Of a stretch of 64,000 nucleotides of DNA, positions 37,343-61,899 are shown in pieces. The notes beneath the pieces are model-generated. The model worked only from the letters and a program-made list of their open reading frames with translations, did no database searches and was not told where the DNA came from. Positions within the stretch are counted from its first letter, which is position 1; the number at the start of each line of letters is the position of its first letter. A program made the position numbers and the translations under genes. Source of the DNA: Styela clava (Eukaryota); the NCBI RefSeq assembly GCF_964204865.1, contig NC_135257.1, positions 14,942,001-15,006,000 of the forward strand, written 5' to 3'.

Positions 37343-39077
37343 GACTAAGCTAAATATGACTCATCCGTGTATTCAATAGCCCTGAGAACTCAAGTTGTTC
37401 GCTGTGCAGTTTATTTTGAGCTCCGCTAATTCATGTAAAAGGGATTCAAGTGTAGATTCACATGTATGTTTACCTTCACATGAATTCCTTGTTGCTGAAT
37501 TAGACAATATGATAAACAGAAGACCAGAAGCTATATGCATAAAAAGGTACAGCAGTTATAGAAAATATATTAAAAGCGCTACAAAATCGCCCGAAAGACG
37601 TTGTTTGAAAAGGGTCGAGACAAGAAATTAGGGCAAGAAGTGTGCGTTTGGGGTCGTTCAACCCCTAACAAAATATATATAGAAATGAGGTTCAAACATC
37701 TTTAAAAATCACCTTATTCTACAGCCGGAGAGATTGTATGAACAAGGAAGAAAAGTTAGAACGGTCGATATGCAGGCTATCGGGAACTAATAGACTGAAG
37801 GGGGTTGTTGGGGACACTGATCTGTAGGCTACAATGTTTAATCAATAATTTATATTTGAAATACAATGTACTATCACGCACTATATACTAATTGTCGCAC
37901 TAAATCTATTCATTGTTTGTTTGCAATTCACGGTCCAGAACACACATTCTTGAAATTGCACCCAAGCGTGCTATTACCGTACGTCCGTACTTTGAGTCCC
38001 ATGCTGCATAAAGTTTGAAACACGAGCTCCCTTGTGTGGTAATACAATTTGTTCATTGTCCGGGAAAACAAAACGTTTACAAAAGCAAATAAGTGAGTGA
38101 AATTATACAGATAAAAAGTACATAAAATATAGTTGTATAACGGCATAGCAGAAACTTAAATAAATATATACATAACATGGAAACTATCCTCGAACAAATT
38201 TGGGAAAGAGAGGCTAAATATTTTTTAGCGGCTGAAGGTACTTATTATTCAAAAATCAAATTCAGTTTAAATTTTCGAAGCAAAGTCAAAGAGGTGTTAT
38301 TGACGTTGTAGGCCTGATTGTCCGACAACATTTTACTCGAAATTCTCGGCAAGTCTCGTAATTTAACCCCGTTTGTGGTATATATATACAAGACTCAATC
38401 GTAGTTTTTAGATCGGCGAATTCTTACTAATATGTATGTAACGTATTTGCTCGTTTTGTAGCTCTGGCCCATATTTTTTTTAACCAAACTCATTAACCGG
38501 GCCATTATTCAAGCACGGGCGCTTGTTATTTTTAAAGTAAAATTATACACAAAAATATATAAAAAACATATATATATATAGATAAGATCGATCGTTACAA
38601 TAATTACTATATTGTCATTTCCAGTTCTCAAGTATGATTTAAACGAGAATAACGAAAATGTTGACTTTTTCTACGCACCGCAGGTACAAATCCGCAAAAG
38701 AAGAAAAGTTTTGCGACGCCCTATCAATATTTAAACGACGCACTTGGGCGTCGCGACGCCCAGTTCGAGAACCACCGTGTTACATTATCAATGCTATTTG
38801 TTTTGTAATTGGACGCGAAGGCGTGAGTGTTATCTACCAGCGCTTAACATTCAACAGCGTTGTGACAAAAGCGCTTCTTATTTCCTATTGTTCTCTACCA
38901 CTGAAAAATCAGCTTTTACATCGGGCGGGTATTCAAGCACCGGCCCTTATTTATTTTTATGTTCTGTTTACACGGACGGCTATTTAAACGGGCCCTTAAT
39001 CAAGATCGGATTAATATGCCGCATAAACTTTTATGCCTGATTGCAAATGATCGTATATGTGTCTGTGTCATTCGCTT

Positions 39078-39514
39078 GCTCTGACGCAATCTTTTTCTTT
39101 TTTTTTTCCTTTTTTATTCTTTTTTTTTATTGTATTTTATAAAATGAAACAATATTGCAATAAAATTGCAATAAACAGTATTAATCAATAAATAATACAT
39201 CACAGTAATACATAACAATATCATGGCAAATCATTCTATGCATGCTCTTCATTTCGATTTTCATAAAAAAAATTATTGCAGTAAACAGTTTTTTTGTTTT
39301 TTTATTTGATTTTTATAAATAAAATAATATTGCAATAAACAATATTAAAATGATAACTGATACCAGCAGAAAAGTAATTTATCACAATATACAATATTGC
39401 AAAAAATACTATTAATCGATACAAATACCAAATACCGGAACAAAAAGTAATTTCTCATAATGTATCATAACTTTTTATCAAATAGTCTTGCAGTATTAGC
39501 TCTAACGCAATCTT
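39078..39514 (-). mobile_element. Minus-strand retroposed insertion with poly(A) tail and 16-bp TSD
   Basis: GCTCTGACGCAATCTT (39078-39093) and GCTCTAACGCAATCTT (39499-39514) flank ~405 bp that begin with a ~35-nt T-rich run. Confidence 0.75.
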
Positions 39515-39912
39515 ATTTGCTTCTTTGTTGTTTAGTCCTGTAGTCAACGCCGCGGTGTGTTAAAGCTCCTGGACCTTCTTCATACATAAAAAAAAAACTT
39601 TCGAATTGACAAATTAAGTTAATATTACATTGTCGATTGGCTTTCTGTAAGACTAATTTCTCGTCCTTCTCTCGTGCTTTTACGCTGGTGGATCCTCATG
39701 CTAAGAGCTAAGATAACTGTTCAAAATGATTCGAGGGTCATGCAGTACACTATCACAATTGATTTATATTGCTTTGAGTATTCATTTCTCCATCCTTTTT
39801 CTTTGTACTTAGATAACCTTTGTTTCCCAGTTTAAAAGTATAATTAATCTTCAATTAAACATTACGAATTTGCTGTAGCAAGTTTTTTGATATTTGGTCA
39901 CAATATTTTGAA

Positions 39913-42900
39913 ATGTGTTCTGATGTTCCAGCACGATATGTGCTTTTATCGATGCTATTCTTTGGGTCGTTCAACATTCCATTGCTGAGGTATAACTTGG
40001 GCATCGCAATTGTTTCAATGGTAAACACGTCATCGACTAATAATTCAAGTCGTTTATCCTACGATTCTTGTTCTAATTCTGATAATTCAACAACCGAAAA
40101 TATTGAGAAGGTAACGATTTTATATTACAACAATTAAGTACCAAGGACAAATACAACTTTATGAGCAACAATGTTATAATAAACAAAAATATTTGGACCT
40201 CCAGAAATATGTGCATCAAGATGGCGCACAACCTGAACAAAGTAGTTGTACAAGGTTAGAGTTCAGGTTGTGTGCCATCTTGGTGCACATACTTCGGGAG
40301 CACGAAAATTTTATATGATATGAATTCATGTATACTTTCCTCCGCGTCTATCTCGCCTCTCGAAATAACAAAGATCTGTGATTATATTTTCTGATATATA
40401 TTAATTTTTTTCTATTAAATTTGTAGTTTGGTTCATTTGAATGGAACACTGTGAAACAAGGCCTTGCTCTGGGATGCTATTTCTATGGATTCGTGTGTAC
40501 ACCAATTTTGGGACCATGGGCTGCTAAAAAAGTTGGATTCAAAATTGTTGTTGGTGCAGCAGTTGCTTTGTCATCAATACTCACAATTTTAATACCATAT
40601 GCAGCTTACGGTGGATTTGTATATTTCGTTACACTGAGGATAATCATTGGCTTTTGTCAGGTAGGTTGCGGCTGTTGTAATTTACTAGTTATCGAATACT
40701 CAATATGAAATTGTTTGACTTGCAATACGTCTTGTTCTTTAGCGAGCAAGTGGAACATGGTCAAATGATATATCAGATCAATTTATGACTGCATTTATTA
40801 TTTAAACTTCTTAAACATCTATGCGTGGGTTCAGGGTGCCGTCGGTCCTTCATCAGTAGCAGCTTTCTCGGCATGGATTCCTTTCCAGCATAAAACTACA
40901 GCGATTTCAATCGTAATGTGCGGTTTTTTTCTTGGAGCATTTGCCGCCTTGCCTATCTCTGCACTTATAAGTGAATACGTCAATTGGGAAACAGTATTTT
41001 ACGTGACGGGTACGTCTTCATATGCACTTAATTAATATGGCGCAATTTGTAGTATAAACCAAATAATTATAAACGAAACGGATTCTTATCATAAAATAAT
41101 ACGTTAAAACTCGTTGATTTCTGAGGATTATGATAAATACTTTTTCTATAATACGTTAACTTCATAAAACATGTTACAGGTTCTTTCTCGCTGCTTTGGT
41201 CTATTCTGTGGTTTAGTTTGGTTTACAATTCTCCTGAGCAACATCCAAGAATAACGAAAAAAGAGAAAAAATATTTACTGAGAAATACTTCTATAATCAA
41301 CGAAAACGTAAGTAAATACATTTCTGAAATTTGTTCCAATACACATACATATAGGAACAGACCTCAAAATATGCCACACAAATGTACTATAATATTCTCA
41401 TAAAATTTTAACAAATTCAAGTCACAATAGACAAATTCTGACAAAATCCCAGCATAATTTTGTGGAATTTTATTTGATGTGCTACCATGGTTTCGGAGTA
41501 AGTGCGTGTAGAACTTGCCTGGAGTAAATAAATGATAGATAGTTTTTCGTTTACAGGATAAAAAAGAACAAAACATACCGTGGTTGAGAATTATGACGTC
41601 ATTACCTTTCCTAGCAACAGTTATTACACATATTTCTTTTGATTGGACATTGACGATGACAAGTTTGGTGTTACCAACGTATTTAACAAACACTTTGAAC
41701 TTGGGAATATTAGCGGTAACCTATAATACTATTTTTATTTATGTATTTTTACCAGGAATATTCGCACTAACATTCATTTTTTTCGCTTATCCAAGCACTT
41801 TATTTTTTGAACTCAGTGTAACTAGAGTTTGTTATCGTGATTGGAATCATGTGTGTGGTAATACAAAAAATTCTTCTTCTCATTTAGGGCTTAGGCCATA
41901 CTCTAAACTTAAACATATTAAGTTTTACCGTTATTTTAAACCCGCAAGATTTGAGAAATAATGCCAAGTGCAATCTGAATGAACATGTGAATATGACAAC
42001 GCAATTTAGGCAGGAGCATCCACCGGTGCGCCGTGGTTGATGATGATGGTCATTACATTGATTGGAGAAAGAATATCGAACGTACTGAAACGGAAGAAAA
42101 CATTTTCTATGATCACAATACGGAAAGGATTGGTTGCGACTGTCACTTTACCTTCCGCTATCTTCTTCATTTTAGCCTCATACACTGGTTGCAATCAACA
42201 GTTGACAATACTTTTATTCTTTTTAATCATATCGCTTCAAGGACTGCACAGTAAGCACAAATTTTTTGTACGCTGTTCATTTAATCGGGGGTTCATATTT
42301 GATTATAGTTGTGAAGAGGCATACGAATTGCCTGTATATTGTGTTATCGAATTACTCTGAACACAGGCTGACTTATTTTATATCGAAGTTTGGAAGTGAA
42401 TATATTTTATCATATTAGTCAACAACTGGTAGCATGACAGAGGTATTTAAGATTGCAATGTTCCACATATTACGATTTCCCATTTGCGTTGTTCGTAAGT
42501 ATCATGGTATATTATTTTAGTGTACAGCTAGAAGTATTAACTCATTAGTAAATTTTACTTTTAGTTCCTGGTACAGAAGCAAATGTTTTTGATTTGTCGA
42601 ACAGATACTCCAGTATATTGTTTGGAATTCTTGTAACAACAAGTCACTTGACAGGAATTTTAGCTCCGCAGTTGACTGGAGTACTATTACATAATGAGGT
42701 TAGTAACTACGATGTCTATTTTCCGCAGTTCGGTCACATAACATGGTAATTTGGGTAACTTCAATATTCACTTTTACAGAATTCAATTGGCGGTTGGCGA
42801 ACAATTTTCTTCATTACGGCTGGCATAAATATATTAGCCGCCATAACATTTTGCATATTTGCTTCTGACAAGGAACAACCGTGGTCAAAGAAAGACACAA

Positions 42901-42983
42901 ATACCTCAGTCGATAATGAAGCCCATGATAAACCACTGACAAAAAGACGACATAGCAGCCAACAAGACGATTCACCAGTCTAA
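39913..42983 (+). CDS. SLC17-family (sialin/VGLUT/VNUT-like) MFS anion transporter, 8 exons
   Basis: Approximate exons 39913-40110, 40427-40660, 40834-41008, 41180-41307, 41557-41715, 42010-42250, 42564-42698, 42780-42983. Motifs: LRYNLGIAIVSMVN, FEWN..QGLALGCYFYG, WETVFYVTG, YNSPEQHPRITKKEKKYL, IPWLRIMTSLP, IRK, ANVFDLSNRYSSILFG, WRTIFFI, EQPW. Confidence 0.93.
40195..40304. mobile_element. 110-bp palindromic MITE, copy 2 (SLC17 intron 1)
   Basis: Same family as 17972-18081 (GGACCTCC..CAAGATGGCGCACA..TGTGCCATCTTGGTGCACATACTTCGGGAG). Confidence 0.8.
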
Positions 42984-43534
42984 TAAATACGTGAAGCTTG
43001 TACGTTAGCTTAAAAATGAATGAAGCAATTAGTCTCATGGCGACAATCAGCATTTACATTTATATAACCCATGTAAGAAGCCAGTCCTTTCTGCGCAAGT
43101 ATCGAATAATACAGAGGAATATGTGAAATCTCATTCAGGAATCTCGATAAATAAATATGGGAATATTTAGATTTCGTAATTTTGAAAGTCTTTTAGTGAT
43201 TAATTTTTTGTTCCCTCAAGAAAAATAATATATATTGCTCACTAATGCCTTAGAAGCAGATACGTGTATTCATATTTTGTATACCCTGGTACGACCTAAT
43301 TCAGCGTCACAGATGTTAGGGTCAAGTGGACTAAGATCAGGTGAAACAGAACTTGATACTTCTCTTCCTCGAGGCAGAAGTAAAAGTCGAGTAATTACGT
43401 ATTATTTACGGCTTGACCTGAAGTCCAGGAGTTACAGTTGAGTGTCAGCGTCATTAATAAGTTCAACATCCGAACTGAATGGTCTATAAAGTTTAAGTTA
43501 TTGCGACTTAAAAGCTAGCAAAATGTGAATAAAC

Positions 43535-43997
43535 ATGGTGATTTAGGCGGGACAGTCCCGCTTTTTAGCGTTTTGTCCCGCCGTCCTGATGAGTCAGCTA
43601 AAAGTCCCGCTTTTCCAGCAAAATACACAAACATGTTCTCGTTACTGTTGTTTCTGTGTAGCGCAGCGCTAGCTACTTACTGAATGTGAATGCGATCGTT
43701 TCCCGCTAATTCCCATTGATGGCAGATGTATCGCATGTAAAACCAATACTAATTAGTCTAAATTCGAGGTATGTGTACCGGTATCGTTAACGTCAATTCC
43801 TTCCTATTTTTCGAACTGAACCCGATATTTGGACAGAGAATATGCGCATGAAATTTCGATAACAATGTGTTCAATAAAGACAGCCGAGACAGCTTTAAAT
43901 GTAGGAATGTAGGCCAATGTAGATATAAAATCACAGATAAGGGGTCATTGTCTTTTGAGGCGTCCCGATTTGAAGACACAAAAATATGGTAACCCTA
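43535..43997. mobile_element. hAT Tip100-type MITE with degenerate left end
   Basis: GGGACAGTCCCG/GTCCCG subterminal repeats and a right end ATATGGTAACCCTA. Confidence 0.6.
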
Positions 43998-44070
43998 GTT
44001 ATAAATATAAGAAATACTTTTACCAAACCGTTCGAGCGTGTATGCCTGTGTTGTGCACCCCTGTTCTAGA

Positions 44071-44880
44071 CTAGTGGTTCCCAACCTTTTTTTGAGCCAC
44101 CAAATATTTTTTTTAAATGAATTTTGTAAAATCTCGCGACCCAAGGACAAATTTTTTTGCGACCCCTGATTCGTATGCCGGGATGACACTTACGTGTAAT
44201 ATAAATATGGCTCTAATATGATTGGTCAGTAAGAGTTAATATTCTTTATGTATACGTCTCATAGTGGACGTATATCAAAACAAAATCAATAAGTCCTTTT
44301 CGCGTCGTTTTCAAGCCTGATATATGCTTGGCCGAGTGTTTGTGACCCCGGTTGTGTGTCACTTTTTTCGCATATTTTCAATTCTACGAGTTTTATATAT
44401 ATCTGTAGGTATTTGAAAACTAAGAAATATACAATGAACATGTTATCACTTGAAAGAAAGTAATTTGAGCGAGTGCGCAATCGGTTTCGGCGCATAAACA
44501 AGCTAGTAATCATTACCCGCACAGAAATAAATACACAAAGATTGCGCTCGCTTGAATCTGCTGGCGAAAACAATCGCTCTTTGTATCTGGAATATTTTGC
44601 ATTGCGTTTCGCTCCAGAATGCCACTCTTATCTCGTTTGAACAAAAAAACTTCTAAACAACGAAAAGCGTTCTAAACAACGAAAAGCGAAGTTGTGACGC
44701 AACAAATAGCTGCGTCACGCATAACGGCTTGTCTACGTTTGGTTTTGTTCTGACTGAGAGAGGCATACTTCTGTTTTTCTCATCTGTTTAGATATTCTCT
44801 TGTGATTATTTGAATAATATTCTTGAATCGTACTGCGACCACGATCCCTTCGAGATCAACTGGAAGGTGGGGTCGGGACC
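44071..44880. mobile_element. hAT Charlie-type MITE remnant
   Basis: TCTAGAC|TAGTGGTTCCCAACCTTTTT start and GCGACCC subterminal motifs. The right part (GCGACC..GGTGGGGTCGGGACC) is degenerate. Confidence 0.5.
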
Positions 44881-45746
44881 TCTGTATTCTATTCAAGAAT
44901 AACCCTGTATTCTGTAAGAGCCCCCTGTATTCTATATAAGATGGAAAATTACAAATTATTTCAACGTCTATTCATTATCGTTGGGGGTAACCTACGAACA
45001 GTGATCGTTGGGACAGAATCGGTTCACGAAGTCATCCTGTACAAGCCAGACAAACAAACAACAACAACAATCGATTCTCTACAATACTTTCCGTATGATA
45101 TTTAAGGACACTTGCATAAATTAGGCCAGTCCAAATTTTGTTTATATAAGAGTATGACTCAATAGCATTGTTGGCTTTACTGAAAATTATATTAAACAGC
45201 GAAGAAACGAAATAAGTGATAAAAACCGACTCTCGAATCAGTTCTTAAAGCTCATGGACGGTTCCCCGACCCCTGAAAGATTCACCATATACTTTATCAC
45301 TGAAAACTTTTCAACGCTGATTTTGAGAGTGTTTTGGTGAGTTGACGCTTTAAACTGGCTTCCATGGCTAAAACTATCCTTTTTATTCAAAACAATAAAC
45401 AACGTGCCGCTGATAGCTAATTTTAGACTAGTCTATTACAGCGTTTGCGTTATCAAATTTTGATGTGGTCCTTGGGAAACATGATGAAAATTACGTTATT
45501 TTATTTACAACTATTTTTTGGAAATACAACTAAAAAATGGCGAATAACACGCAAAACTATCGAAAAGAGGCAATGTTTACAACCACGTTTGAGTATCTGT
45601 CTGAGCAAAAGAAATGTCTGAGCGGCGGCATAAAGACCGATTGTTACGTCATTGTTTAACTTATCGCTAATTTGTAACTGTATGGAAATAAACAAGGAAA
45701 TCGATGCTCGGGGAAACCATAGTTAACTTAATATTAGTAAACCATG

Positions 45747-48704
45747 TAGGCCGCGAGCCGAGGCCCTGAAAAACGCCTAGAAAGTGAGTTTCGTAGCGCA
45801 CATCAGGTAACTACCTGAAAATGATTTTAAAATGTTCCTTAAAAATTTAGTAACAAATATTGCCTTGTTCCCACTTCCAAAAGTTGCACGTTTTACGGAA
45901 AAGACGCTTTTACTACAAGAAATATGTGCTACGATCTGTCCTATATTCTCTACATTTTCGGCACTGAACAATGACTTCTGCATGACGTAACAATTGAATT
46001 AAACCAGCTGTTAGCGAGCGGATGAATATTAGTTATTTCTGCTCGACCTTGCGCTGAGTTGGACAGGCTTTCCATAGCCCTGTTTAGTTATTATTAGTTA
46101 AGTTATGCTAAGACGTTGTTGAAAAATGTATAAGTAAATTATTAAACACTTGTAGATCCTTACCACGGATATGGGCCGTGAGACGAAACCATGAAAACGC
46201 CCAGAAAATGAGTTTCGTAGCGCACATCTGGTAACTAAATAAATTCTTCAGTTTTGTGTGAAAACGAACATAATGAACGCATTACAGCTTGTTCCACAAT
46301 CCTGGTGCGAAATTGAATATAAGAGGTTCCCGGAAATTCAATAACCATAAGTTTACAACGCATACATAAGAACTATACAATTCGAGAGCCCTACAGCACA
46401 CTAACACAAATGTATTCCTGTAATGTTTTGCCTGACCAAAATCGGACTTCCTCAGTCAATCATAATTTATTAGGTAGATTACGAAAAATATGGCATACAT
46501 GTAACCAACAACAAAAAATACTTTAATTGTGTGACAGGAGTCGGGAGTGACCTCGAAAGCAGCGACACCAACAACGCTGATTCACATTTGAGAATAAATT
46601 TTATGTAATAACCACAAGCAGTTTACAACAAGAACAGCATAAAAAGCTACATCCATTTTATGGAAGCTATCAAGTATCAAACGTATTTATTTTTAAGCAA
46701 TGAAGTCACAAATTAACATCGTGAGCACGAAAACACAAATAAATCAGTTATTTCTCACTTAGAAATTTACCGCAAAAGTCAAGAAAATTAAATGAATGTA
46801 CAATATGTACATAACACAGTGAACAGAAATATTACAATTTACAATTAATCTTTTTTTAGTTTATGTGGTTATGTATTTGAACAAAGGCAATAATATTTCT
46901 AGAAACAGGACTACGACACTAACAAATGTCCGAAAAAAAAACAAATGTATGATACTTATTAAATCAACTGTAATATCTAATTCACTTTCTTCTGAATTGT
47001 TTTCGAAATCCACTATCTCAAAAATCGACTTTTCCTCTATAGGTGTACTGTGATTTCTGCAGTCAATACAAAAACAAAAATCTGTGCAATTTAAGTTGAT
47101 TTTGGCACACTTTCATAAATTATTTTGACTATTTTTCTTTGCAGTTTGCCAACTCAAGAACTGATTTGAGGGCCACATGCTTCTTCAGTGAATCATTGTT
47201 GGGTGGAGAGTATAATCCTTATGTTTGACAGTGTTAAATAGACGTGCCCTGGTACCGTATCATTTACATTCTTCATATCCTCTTCAAATTCCTCAGCTTT
47301 ATTTATTAATACCTCGTTAACCTCAAAAGATCTTCATAGTCGAGGGAAAAAAATGAATTGAAAATCTCAATGAAGTCTCCAACATGAATTTGATGGGCAG
47401 TTCCAATTGCAGAAAAGTGCTAAAGTATTTCAATATGAATAGCCCATCTAAGCTGTTTGCAACTATTATGATTCTCATATACCTTTAAGCTTCAAGACTT
47501 CTTGTTTAATCCATTTTATAGCACTGATAGCAGCAGGGATCAGAGCCTGCGTTAGGTCGGATTGGTGGAACATTGCCGTTTTCTTTTGTAGTACAGTATC
47601 TAAAATAAGGAAGAAAATAATATTTGGAGCAGCATGATTTTAAAAATACCCCTAAATACTAACTAATACCTTGAATACATAATGCATTTTATCTGATGTA
47701 CTAAATGAGCGTATATATGCTCATTGCATGTTCTACAGTCCAGCAGTGTTTGCATACCATTACTAGACTATATCTACACTAAATTTTGATATATCACAGT
47801 CTGAAATGTCCTATGACAGTATGAGTATGGACTATAGACTATATTTTGAAACATCAACTGTTTGTCTACAACTTCATTTCTCACCTCTCAATCATTTCCA
47901 ATGCTACCTTTCTTTCCACTCCGGCATAACTTATCATTGCTTCCCAGGTTCTTGTCGACTCTATGAATTTAGATTTAGACCAACCGACATTAGTAAAATT
48001 GATTAATTTCTTCTCTTTCACACAACCATGCATTACAGAAACAGCCATTCATTTCTATTTCCAAATATGCTGTGGCCTATATAGTAGTATAAGTCTGCTG
48101 AATAGTCAAGAAGAGTCATTAAATTAATCATAAACATTTCATGCAAGCCAGAAAATATCGTTGTTTGTGACATATTACAGTATTATTCTAGGTCTAGCCT
48201 TCCTTGGAGTTACCGCACCGTACCTATTTAACAACGTCTTATGAGCTAGTGCTCAACTAAAATTGCTATTTATGGCAAGGATATACACGTGTTTAATATC
48301 TTACCTATACTTTTCAACACCTCCTTAGAATAACTGGACTAATATAACCGGTAACTGAAAAAAACTATGGAAAGGCTACCCAACGCAAAAGCTATCAGTT
48401 GAGTACATCTGATATTCATCCGACCACTGGGGATCCACCTACAGCTGACTAACTTGACTGTTACGTCGTGCAGAAGTCTGCGTTCATTGGCCCATGATAC
48501 CGGAAAAGCAGAGAAAATAGGACAGATGGTAACACATATTTATTGTAGTAAAAGCGTCTTTTCTGTAAAACGTGCAACTTTTGGAAGTGGGAACAAGGCA
48601 ATATTTGTTACTAAATTTCTAAGGAACATTTTAAAATCATTTTCAGGTAGTTACCTGATGTGCGCTACGAAACTGAAAGATAAATGGCCTCGGCTCGCGG
48701 CCTA
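45747..48704 (-). mobile_element. Non-autonomous DNA transposon with long TIRs and 3-bp TSD, probably Academ superfamily
   Basis: ATG|TAGGCCGCGAGCCGAGGCC ... GGCCTCGGCTCGCGGCCTA|ATG. Near-identical inverted sequence runs ~200 bp (45790-45950 vs 48510-48672). A decayed minus-strand peptide VND..RARLF..LxPNNDSLKKHV lies at ~47170-47270. Confidence 0.7.
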
Positions 48705-49959
48705 ATGGGGAAACTTTCATTGCCAGACTGTCAGTACCGGTACGCTTATTACATAAAACGTCATCGCTCCAACGTCTGACTGTCCAATCTTTCTATGCCT
48801 ATGCATTTCTGTTTTACATTACATTATTGTTTTAATCTTTATGAAACTACGCGAGAAACTGGATTAAAATACAGAAAGAAGAGGTTAAATACCCTACTGC
48901 TGTATATAGCGTTGAATACGACTGCTGGATCGAGTTCTCAGCAGCCCACTTCATCATAAAAGGCCGTTTCCGAACTGCCGTCAATTTTTGTTGAAGCGGT
49001 TTATAAAAATTCATAAGTAATAAATTAAGTCGACTTTATGTTATTAGTAGCTGTCAAAAATTCTGAAAAAATCTATAGAATTAAATTCATCAAGAAACTT
49101 TTTTTCGTGGTACCCCAACTTTAAACCAAATACGTACTTGGTAGATTTTGATGTCTACCTTGTTCATCCATAGTTCAATCAGAATAAAATGAGAAACAAC
49201 AATTTGGCGCCGAACACCTGAAGCATGTCATTCCCGAAGTTCAATTGTCAGCATAAAGTCTTTCATAACCTTGGTAACTCTTGCACTAGAATGCGGCGAT
49301 TGTATTTTTGTACTTTCTTTTTATGTATCAGTTGATCATACAAAAACTAAATATTACTTTGTACACCAAAGTACCATGAACGCAGAATTAAAATCAGTGC
49401 TCACTTTTCCGTAAGTGTTCGAGCTGTGATTTTATGCAGTGTTTAACGTTTACCGAAAGTTTACTACCGTAGTTTAAATTTGATTTCGTTGCCCGCTCAA
49501 TATCACTATAATCCTAACTACATTGAAAACGATTGAATGGACCAAGAAAATACGTTTATTTTGTAACAATAGTAGTAAGAATAGTAACAATATCTAGAAA
49601 AATTGAACAAAACAAGCGAACATAAGGTTGGATGCAAAAAGGATTGAAGCCAGTATGTGCAGAAAGAAGCATTATTTAAAACGTTGATAATAACTTATTT
49701 GCAAAAAGTGCACAAAAACGTATCAAATTGTTGACAAAAATATATATAGATGTCATAGTTTCCACATTCTTGGCGTCTTAGAGCGACGACGGCTTACATC
49801 CCGTTTTGCATAGATTTATCAACTGGTTAGGTCAAAGGTCAACATTTTCTCTCTTATTGACAGGTATCTTTCTTTTAGATATGTGAATATCATGTGTATG
49901 CGTTGATTTCTGAAAATTATTTGAACTCAATTAAATCTTGCTTAATTTCTTGGGATAAC

Positions 49960-61899
<11,940 letters not shown>

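Noticed and set aside
38480-39010. pogo-like MITE remnant (ATTCAAGCAC.GGC repeats)
   Set aside because: Termini and TSD could not be defined with confidence.
45777-48705. Similar ORFs 45777..45983(-) and 48454..48705(+)
   Set aside because: These are translations of the two TIRs of one transposon.
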